From NCBI GenBank assembly GCA_043814765.1, contig JBDRJQ010000038.1:1-25681 (forward strand): DNA of 25,681 bases. The letters run 5' to 3'. Both the position numbers and the translations under genes were made by a program. Shown piece after piece: positions 8,839 to 15,468 of the stretch (position 1 is its first letter; each line of letters begins with the position of its first letter). The notes under the pieces were generated by a model, which worked only from the letters and a program-made list of their open reading frames with translations, was not told the origin of the DNA and did not search any database. Origin of the DNA: Nanobdellota archaeon. GTDB lineage: Archaea > Aenigmatarchaeota > Aenigmatarchaeia > QMZP01.

Positions 8839-9852
8839 ATGTTTGAAATGATACCAATAGGAATTGCGTTGTTGGTTGCTTTTCTGATAACTATTTTATT
8901 GATGCCCAAGTATATTAAGAGAGCGAAAGCTATCGGTCTTGTTGGAAGAGACATGAATAAATACGATAAGCCGGAAGTTGCCGAGGCCGGCGGCGTTGTA
9001 ACAATCTTCAGCTTTCTTTTCGCAATCCTTTTCTATATATTTTTAAAAACCTTTTTCTTCAGTGCAGAAACTCATCTTGTTGAGATATTCGTAATAGTAA
9101 TAACAATAGTTCTTGCAGGCTTCATTGGATTTGTTGACGATGTGTTTGGTTGGAAAAAGGGCCTTAAGAGATGGCAGAAACCACTAATGACCTTACCAAT
9201 AGCCATTCCTTTGATGGTAGTCAATGCTGGTCAATCTGTTATGTTTTTGCCGATTATAGGCAGAGTTGATTTTGGTCTGCTCTTCCCTCTTGTGTTTATA
9301 CCTATTGGTTTTGCAGGCGCAACAAACGGCTACAACATGCTCGCAGGCTACAACGGGCTGGAAGCCGGAATGGGCGCTATAATACTGGCTACCATGGGAT
9401 TCATATCATGGTATCTGAACGGTATGATTTGGTTGACAATGGTATCGTTTGTCGGTGTTGCTGTTCTGATAGGTTTCCTGATATATAATTGGTGTCCTGC
9501 TAAGGTCTTTCCTGGCGATTCGCTGACATATATGATTGGCGCATTCATAGTAACTGTAGCTGTCTTTGGCAACATGGAGAAGATAGCTCTGATTCTGTTC
9601 ATACCGTTTATACTCGATGCAATACTATCATTGATGCCAGAGATTAGAGGCAAAGACAAAGTAGAGGCCTTTGGCAAAGTTGGCCCAGACAACAGTCTTG
9701 ATATGCCGTACGAACATGTTTATGATACAACTCATCTTGCTATAAAGATGCTAAAGAAAGTAAAGAGTAAGGTGTATGAGAGAGACGTAACAATAGCATT
9801 GTATCTTTTTGAGATACTAATGGTTGTGCTGGTTTTCGCTTTCTTTATTTAG
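8839..9852 (+). CDS. aglH: UDP-GlcNAc:dolichyl-phosphate GlcNAc-1-phosphate transferase (AglH/Alg7-like, MraY/Glycos_transf_4 family)
   Basis: G.DMNK, AEAGG, GFVDD, NMLAGYNGLE and VFPGDS; polytopic membrane protein; GAGG RBS. Confidence 0.88.
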   Translation: MFEMIPIGIALLVAFLITILLMPKYIKRAKAIGLVGRDMNKYDKPEVAEAGGVVTIFSFLFAILFYIFLKTFFFSAETHLVEIFVIVITIVLAGFIGFVDDVFGWKKGLKRWQKPLMTLPIAIPLMVVNAGQSVMFLPIIGRVDFGLLFPLVFIPIGFAGATNGYNMLAGYNGLEAGMGAIILATMGFISWYLNGMIWLTMVSFVGVAVLIGFLIYNWCPAKVFPGDSLTYMIGAFIVTVAVFGNMEKIALILFIPFILDAILSLMPEIRGKDKVEAFGKVGPDNSLDMPYEHVYDTTHLAIKMLKKVKSKVYERDVTIALYLFEILMVVLVFAFFI

Positions 9853-10309
9853 AGCTTTTTTTTTTGTATGCCGCATAGAAGAAAAATGCTATCAATATCA
9901 AACCTGCAATCATCATTGAATCGCCTGAGATAAAGGGCAGGAATGAAAACACATTCGGATTCGTGAGCATAAATAAGAATATAAGGAAAGCTATTATCGC
10001 TAGTAAAAAGTAATCCACTTCTTTTTGACCGTCCTTTCCTTTGAACAGTTTTTTTATGAAGCCTATGAAGAAAAAGGCTACAAAAATCAACGCTGCATAA
10101 GGCATATAGCTAAGGATAACAATTCTTACAGCATCAACGCTTATTGCAAAAAATCCAAAAACTATTGATATAATTAAAACAACTTTTTTGTTCTTGAAAA
10201 TATCAGAAAAATCAATTGCACCGTAAACAATTGCAAACATTAAGAAAAACGGCAACAAATAGGCCATCGGCCCTCCAAATCCATATGTAAACAATTGTTC
10301 AAAAACCAT
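9845..10309 (-). CDS. Small polytopic membrane protein of unknown function
   Basis: About 5 hydrophobic helices separated by Lys-rich loops; YLLPFFLMFAIVYG N-terminal motif; ATG directly follows the upstream TAA. Confidence 0.8.
   Translation of the reverse strand: MVFEQLFTYGFGGPMAYLLPFFLMFAIVYGAIDFSDIFKNKKVVLIISIVFGFFAISVDAVRIVILSYMPYAALIFVAFFFIGFIKKLFKGKDGQKEVDYFLLAIIAFLIFLFMLTNPNVFSFLPFISGDSMMIAGLILIAFFFYAAYKKKSSK
9856..9865 (+). terminator. Oligo-T (T10) putative archaeal terminator just after aglH
   Basis: Ten consecutive T three bases after the aglH TAG. The same bases encode KKK on the opposite strand. Confidence 0.5.
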
Positions 10310-11035
10310 TTAACCACTTATTTCGTCATCCATTTTTTCAATCTCTTTTTTGTATACTGTTGTTTCTGTGGAAATTTCATACCCACCTACTTCACTAAAA
10401 TCATCAAGCTCTGATATTGCAGTCAGAGCAGCTAGTTTGGCAGTTCTATATTCTGACATAAGGCCCTGTTTGTTTGCAATGCTTTTGTTTTTTAGCAGTT
10501 TAACTAAACCATGCATTTCCTTGATATTTCCCTTTATTGTTTTTCTCAAAGTTTCTTTATTTTTTCTTTCTTTCTGAGAAAGGTGCCCACTAATCACTTT
10601 GCTTAGTCCGCCTCCGCCATGCAAATGTCCTCCTTTCTTTCCGCCGCCTCCGGAATTATCGCCACCAAAACTGAAACCGCCAAACATTCTCAGGATTACC
10701 ACGAATATCACCATTATCACAATTACTATATACCATACTTCTGATAGGGCGAGGAAGAGCGGATACATGCCTGAAATAACTATATAGACGTAGAAAGAGA
10801 TTGATAGAAGAAGGCTTATTGCCTCCTTTTTAGAATCTATTCCCATTTTCTGTACAACAAAATCTATCAGAATGAACATGAACAATACTATGAACACTGT
10901 AGGAAAGAGAACAAAATAAGCCATCGCTCCCATGTCGCCGGATGTGGAATGTCTTGATATAAAACTACTACAAGAACTCGCTGCACTGGATGTGGGGCAG
11001 AGTACGTTTACAAGCATCTGAAGAATATCAGCCAT
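10310..11035 (-). CDS. Membrane protein: about 3 TM helices, Gly-rich linker, charged helical C-terminal domain
   Basis: Hydrophobic segments at about aa 38-120, GGDNSGGGGKKGGHLHGGGG linker, Lys/Glu-rich tail. Confidence 0.8.
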   Translation of the reverse strand: MADILQMLVNVLCPTSSAASSCSSFISRHSTSGDMGAMAYFVLFPTVFIVLFMFILIDFVVQKMGIDSKKEAISLLLSISFYVYIVISGMYPLFLALSEVWYIVIVIMVIFVVILRMFGGFSFGGDNSGGGGKKGGHLHGGGGLSKVISGHLSQKERKNKETLRKTIKGNIKEMHGLVKLLKNKSIANKQGLMSEYRTAKLAALTAISELDDFSEVGGYEISTETTVYKKEIEKMDDEISG

Positions 11036-11064
11036 GTTTTAATTATGGTTTGCTAAGCTTATAT

Positions 11065-12567
11065 TTAATTCTCATTGTTGTAATTGTCCTTTAGTTTGGA
11101 CAGTGTTTTTTTCATGCTGTCTTCCTTTCTCTGTGCCGTCCAGTAATAAGCCTCATCTCTTGTGTTTTTTGTGATGAACATTATTATCTTTCCGAACTTG
11201 ACTCTGCCAACCCTTCCCTTTCTCTGTATGTTTCTTACCTCACTAGGCACAGGCTCATAAAAAATAGCCATGTCAGCAGAGCTTATATGAAGCCCCTCTT
11301 CTCCTATTGATGTGGTTATGAGGCAATTATAAACACCGCTCTCAAAATCTTTTATTACTCCTATCTGCTGTGTTTGTGACAGCCCCTCTTTTTGTCCTAT
11401 CAGCATAGCAGGCGATGCGCCGTCTATTTTCTTAAGCGTTTCATAAATTTCCTTGACAGTGTCCCTGTAGCTAGCAAATATAATTATCTTAGCTTCTGTT
11501 TTTTCATTTACCTTCTGACCAACAATAGTGCATAATTTGCTTATTTTAGGATGTTTTGATCCCATGTCATAGAGCTCTCTGGTTAAAGACATTGCATGTG
11601 AAACTCTATTATCATTAATCAGAGCCTTGCCTGCTTTTGTTGCATCTTTGCGAAGTCTTTTCCAGTAATTCTCCAGCACGCCTATGCCCTGCGTTTCCAG
11701 TAAGCCCATGCTGTGCTCAATTTTTATAGCCTGGCTGATAAGAAACAATCCGCCAAAGGCGCTTTTATTGCCTTTTCTCGCTTCCTTGGCCAGATATCCC
11801 TGCAGCTCTAAAAGGCCTCTTTTTGTTTTTGTTTGTTTTGCTCCCATTTTCTTTAGCTTGCTAATCTTTTCCATATAGACTTCGTTTAGTATAGCCTTTA
11901 TTCTCTTGAAGCTTTCAGGCAGTTCCAAGTAAACCCACTCTATGTTTTTTTCCATCATATAAGATGAAACGTCTTCATCTTCTTCTGTCCTTATTTCAAC
12001 AGCCTCTATGCCAGAGTTTTTGCATATCTCTCTAATTTTTTCTTCTGTTCCACCAGGAGATGCGGTGAGGCCTAATATTCTGGGATTCTTTGCCTGTTCA
12101 AGATACTTCTCTACAATGTAAGGATAAGCGTATCCGCCTATGGCATGATGAATTTCATCCAGAACCAGTAAACTGAAATCATCTAGGGTTAGTTTTTTTG
12201 TTTTCAAATCGTTTCGTATGGTCTGGGGCGTGGCGAATATAATTGTTTTTTCTTTGTATATATTCTCCCTGAGCGAAGGCTTCATTTCTCCTGTTAGCAC
12301 CTGCATGTCCTCTTCATCTATTTTGAGAAATTTCAGAAATGTCTTGTAGTGCTGATTTACTAACGGCTTGGTTGGCGCAAGCATCATTATCTTGCCTTTA
12401 TCCATCCTGTCAAGCGCCAGAAGTATTGCTATGCCTGTTTTTCCAAGCCCTGTTGGTATTACGCACAGCGTGTTTTTCTTTTTTGCTGTAGCTAGAATAG
12501 ATTCTTGATATTCTCTTAACTGCAGCATTCCTGGTCTTATCAGCGAATGCTCGAAAAACTCTTTCAT
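11065..12567 (-). CDS. hef: Hef/FANCM/Mph1-type SF2 helicase (helicase part only, no nuclease domain)
   Basis: LREYQ, PTGLGKT, APTKPLVNQH, ATPQ, DEIHHA, GLTASPG, HPK, GEEGL, YEPVPS, QRKGRVGR and TRDEAYYW; ends at 500 aa. Confidence 0.92.
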   Translation of the reverse strand: MKEFFEHSLIRPGMLQLREYQESILATAKKKNTLCVIPTGLGKTGIAILLALDRMDKGKIMMLAPTKPLVNQHYKTFLKFLKIDEEDMQVLTGEMKPSLRENIYKEKTIIFATPQTIRNDLKTKKLTLDDFSLLVLDEIHHAIGGYAYPYIVEKYLEQAKNPRILGLTASPGGTEEKIREICKNSGIEAVEIRTEEDEDVSSYMMEKNIEWVYLELPESFKRIKAILNEVYMEKISKLKKMGAKQTKTKRGLLELQGYLAKEARKGNKSAFGGLFLISQAIKIEHSMGLLETQGIGVLENYWKRLRKDATKAGKALINDNRVSHAMSLTRELYDMGSKHPKISKLCTIVGQKVNEKTEAKIIIFASYRDTVKEIYETLKKIDGASPAMLIGQKEGLSQTQQIGVIKDFESGVYNCLITTSIGEEGLHISSADMAIFYEPVPSEVRNIQRKGRVGRVKFGKIIMFITKNTRDEAYYWTAQRKEDSMKKTLSKLKDNYNNEN

Positions 12568-12617
12568 ATAGATTTAATTGTGAAAAGCAATATTAATCCT
12601 AAAAATATAATTAATTT
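12568..12617. promoter_or_regulatory. 50-bp divergent promoter region shared by the helicase and the protease
   Basis: AATATTAAT (12589-12597) is centred about 25 nt from both ATGs; purine-rich GAAAAG upstream on the + strand. Confidence 0.5.
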
Positions 12618-13028
12618 ATGAAAGTTGTTGGCATTGTTGAAGAAATAACCATAAAAGGCAAAACATCAGTAAAAACTCTTGCCCTTTTTGATACAGGAGC
12701 CAAGTTGAGCTCTATTGATAAAGAATTAGCAGAAAAAACAGAGCTTGGTCCAAAGATAAGAACAACCAGAGTTAAATTTGCATCTTCAAAGGCTCAAGTC
12801 AGAAGAGATGTTGTAAAAGCCAAAATAGAGATAAATGGAAAAGCATTTGACTCGGAAGTTAATATTCAGGATCGTTCTCACATGACTTTTCCTGTGATAA
12901 TAGGAAGGAACATAATACGGGGTAATTTTATTGTGGACTGTTCAAAAAACTTGAAACTGTTTGAAAGGCGTGCAAAGGAGATTGAAAAGGACAATAAAAA
13001 ACAGAAAAGAATGGTTGATTTTAAGTAG
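12618..13028 (+). CDS. Retropepsin-like (clan AA) aspartic protease, resembling the RimK-associated putative-protease family; C-terminal PIP-box-like motif
   Basis: ALFDTGA catalytic motif and DRSHMTFPVIIGRN; no signal peptide; ends KKQKRMVDFK. Confidence 0.8.
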   Translation: MKVVGIVEEITIKGKTSVKTLALFDTGAKLSSIDKELAEKTELGPKIRTTRVKFASSKAQVRRDVVKAKIEINGKAFDSEVNIQDRSHMTFPVIIGRNIIRGNFIVDCSKNLKLFERRAKEIEKDNKKQKRMVDFK

Positions 13029-13036
13029 CAGTTTTG

Positions 13037-13062
13037 GATGTGGCCTTAGAAAAGGCTGCCTC
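13037..13062 (+). other. Stem-loop between the protease and pyrG (possible terminator or RNA-stability element)
   Basis: gatgtggcctt-agaa-aaggctgcctc pairs on the + strand with two G-U pairs and one mismatch. Confidence 0.35.
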
Positions 13063-13091
13063 TATTTAAAATTTAGTTTTTAAAATAAACT

Positions 13092-14747
13092 ATGCTGGGA
13101 ATTGGAAAATCTAATGAAAAAAAGAAGCGCAGATTTATAGTTATAACAGGCGGGGTTATCTCTGGTCTGGGTAAGGGAGTGATAACAGCCTCCATTGGAA
13201 AGAATCTTCAAGTGCAGGGATACAAAGTGACTACAATAAAGATTGATCCCTATCTTAATGTGGATGCAGGAACAATGAGGCCCACAGAACATGGAGAGGT
13301 GTGGGTAACTGATGATGGCGGTGAAACAGACCAGGATTTTGGAACCTATGAGCGTTTTCTGGGCAAGAGTTTCTCAAAGAATAACAACATAACAACCGGG
13401 CAGGTTTACCAAACCGTTATTGGAAAGGAAAGGAATCTGGAGTTTAATGGCAAGTGTGTTCAGGTTATTCCGCACATACCAGAAGAGGCTGAGAGAAGGA
13501 TTAGAAAAATCGCTGAAGATGACGACGCTGACTTTGTTATTATTGAAATAGGCGGAACTATTGGCGACTATGAGAACGTATTATTTTTGATAGCTGTAAG
13601 GAGAATGCAGCTAATAGGAGATCCTATTTCCTTTATTCATGTGGTTTATCTGCCTGTACCAGAGACCATTGGTGAAATGAAAACAAAGCCGGCACAACAC
13701 TCTGTAAGAAGGTTGAATGAAGAGGGGATACAGCCAGATTTCATTATTACCAGAGCAAGCGTGCCTGTTGATGATGTCAGAAAAGGAAAGCTGTCTGTTT
13801 TCTGCAATATTAAACCAGAGCAAATTGTCTCCAGTCCTGATTTGAAATACATCTACGAGCTTCCGCTCATATTTGAAAAGCAGAATTTCACAGAGAATTT
13901 ACTGAGCAAATTCGGATTGAAGTATAAAAAAACAGGCGGCTTGAAGGACTGGGAAGCTTTGGTGGACAGCATGAAACACGCTGAACAGAAGGTTAAGATT
14001 GCTATTGTTGGCAAGTATTTTGATACTGGAAATTTCACGCTAGAGGATTCCTATGTTTCTGTAATAGAAGCGATAAAACATGCAGCATGGCATAAAAAAC
14101 TAAAGCCAGAGATAGTGTGGATGGATTCTAAGGAGTTTGAAGAGGACGAGAGCAAGCTGAAAAGACTGGATGATATGGACGGTGTGATAATACCAGGCGG
14201 ATTCGGAAGCAGTGGTGTTGAGGGAAAGATTAAAACAATAGAGTATATCAGAAAGAACAAAATACCTTTTCTGGGCCTTTGCTACGGAATGCAGATGGCT
14301 GTCATCGAGTATGCAAGAAATGTTTGCGGCATGGATGCCAATTCTTCTGAGATAAACCAAAATGTGGAATGCCCTGTAATAGACATACTGCCAGAACAGA
14401 AAGAACTGATAAAGAACAAACAGTATGGCGCAACAATGCGTTTAGGCGCATATGAAGCAAACCTTAAAGAGGGCAGCGTAGTTCATGATCTGTACGGAAA
14501 GAATGTTGTAAGCGAAAGGCATAGGCACAGGTATGAAGTAAATCCAGAGTATATACAGAAGCTGGAAGAGAAAGGCCTTATCTTCTCTGGTGTTTCACCA
14601 GACAGAAAGCTTATGGAATTCCTAGAGCTTCCTAAAGATGTCCACCCGTTCTTCGTCGCTACACAAGCGCATCCAGAATTCACATCAAGGGTTTTAGAAC
14701 CCAATCCGCTATTTGTTGGTTTCATTGAAGCTGCAATGAAAAAATAA
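13092..14747 (+). CDS. pyrG: CTP synthase
   Basis: TGGVISGLGKG, KIDPYLNVDAGTM, EHGEV, EIGGTIGD, KTKPAQ, catalytic GLCYGMQ, RHRHRYE, QAHPEF. Confidence 0.98.
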   Translation: MLGIGKSNEKKKRRFIVITGGVISGLGKGVITASIGKNLQVQGYKVTTIKIDPYLNVDAGTMRPTEHGEVWVTDDGGETDQDFGTYERFLGKSFSKNNNITTGQVYQTVIGKERNLEFNGKCVQVIPHIPEEAERRIRKIAEDDDADFVIIEIGGTIGDYENVLFLIAVRRMQLIGDPISFIHVVYLPVPETIGEMKTKPAQHSVRRLNEEGIQPDFIITRASVPVDDVRKGKLSVFCNIKPEQIVSSPDLKYIYELPLIFEKQNFTENLLSKFGLKYKKTGGLKDWEALVDSMKHAEQKVKIAIVGKYFDTGNFTLEDSYVSVIEAIKHAAWHKKLKPEIVWMDSKEFEEDESKLKRLDDMDGVIIPGGFGSSGVEGKIKTIEYIRKNKIPFLGLCYGMQMAVIEYARNVCGMDANSSEINQNVECPVIDILPEQKELIKNKQYGATMRLGAYEANLKEGSVVHDLYGKNVVSERHRHRYEVNPEYIQKLEEKGLIFSGVSPDRKLMEFLELPKDVHPFFVATQAHPEFTSRVLEPNPLFVGFIEAAMKK

Positions 14748-15416
14748 TCACTTTTTATAGCTGCTGTCCAGCAGGCTCCTTATTCTCTCAGCTTTCTTTG
14801 GTCCCATCTTGTCCACTTTTCTGAGTTCTTTCACATCAGCATTGAAAACGTCTTTAGGCGTCTTGAAATGCTCTAGAAGCTTCTTGCTCATCTTGTTGGA
14901 TATTAGCGGCAGTCCAGAAACAAGGAACTCCTGCTGTTGCTTTATGCCGTTAGCTCTTGCCTTGTAGCGTATCTGCAAGTCTTTTTTTTGGCCGAACTGC
15001 TCCCTGTAAGCTATCCAGTATATCTGAGCAGCCGTTTCCCTTTGAGAATGAGTCCATAGCACAGGAATCCTGTAATCTATGGTTAAAGATGACAGTGCGC
15101 CTCTTATGGCGTTTTCATGTATGTTCCTGTCGCCATTGAAAAGGTCTTCAGGATTCCCTTCCATGATTAAAAGTGGCCTCTTAAACGATTTCATCATCAC
15201 ATCTGCCTGCCTGAACATTCTTTGGTCTACTATTGACTGTAAGAAATCCGGTACAGTCTTCCTCTCTATGCAGACTCGATCAGATGCTATGTAGTCTCCT
15301 GTTTTTAGGTTCTTTATTTTCAGCTCAGCTCCGTGTTCTTGTATATAGCCAAATATATCTGAGTGCATCTCCCGGTTGTCTGCTATTATCTTCACTTTGA
15401 ATGATTCTTTTTGCAT
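14748..15416 (-). CDS. xpf: Stand-alone XPF/ERCC4 structure-specific endonuclease with (HhH)2 domain
   Basis: ADNRE, GDY, ERKT, D..SI.D.R...Q, IMEG, C-terminal HhH (VDKMGPKKA). Start moved from TTG 15425 to ATG 15416, which lies about 25 nt from an AT box. Confidence 0.9.
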   Translation of the reverse strand: MQKESFKVKIIADNREMHSDIFGYIQEHGAELKIKNLKTGDYIASDRVCIERKTVPDFLQSIVDQRMFRQADVMMKSFKRPLLIMEGNPEDLFNGDRNIHENAIRGALSSLTIDYRIPVLWTHSQRETAAQIYWIAYREQFGQKKDLQIRYKARANGIKQQQEFLVSGLPLISNKMSKKLLEHFKTPKDVFNADVKELRKVDKMGPKKAERIRSLLDSSYKK

Positions 15417-15468
15417 AGTAATCAATAACTAATAATTATTTATTAACTTTACCAACTAATAGTAATAT
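15417..15468. promoter_or_regulatory. Divergent promoter region between xpf and the 584-aa surface protein
   Basis: TTATTTATTAA (15436-15446) lies 20-33 nt from both ATGs. Confidence 0.45.

Noticed and set aside
9856..9865. A10/T10 run as a phase-variation tract
   Set aside because: It lies in the last few codons of the 154-aa gene, so slippage would barely change the protein; a terminator role is simpler.
14748..14790. PIP box at the XPF C-terminus, as in crenarchaeal XPF
   Set aside because: RIRSLLDSSYKK lacks the Gln and correctly spaced aromatic residues.
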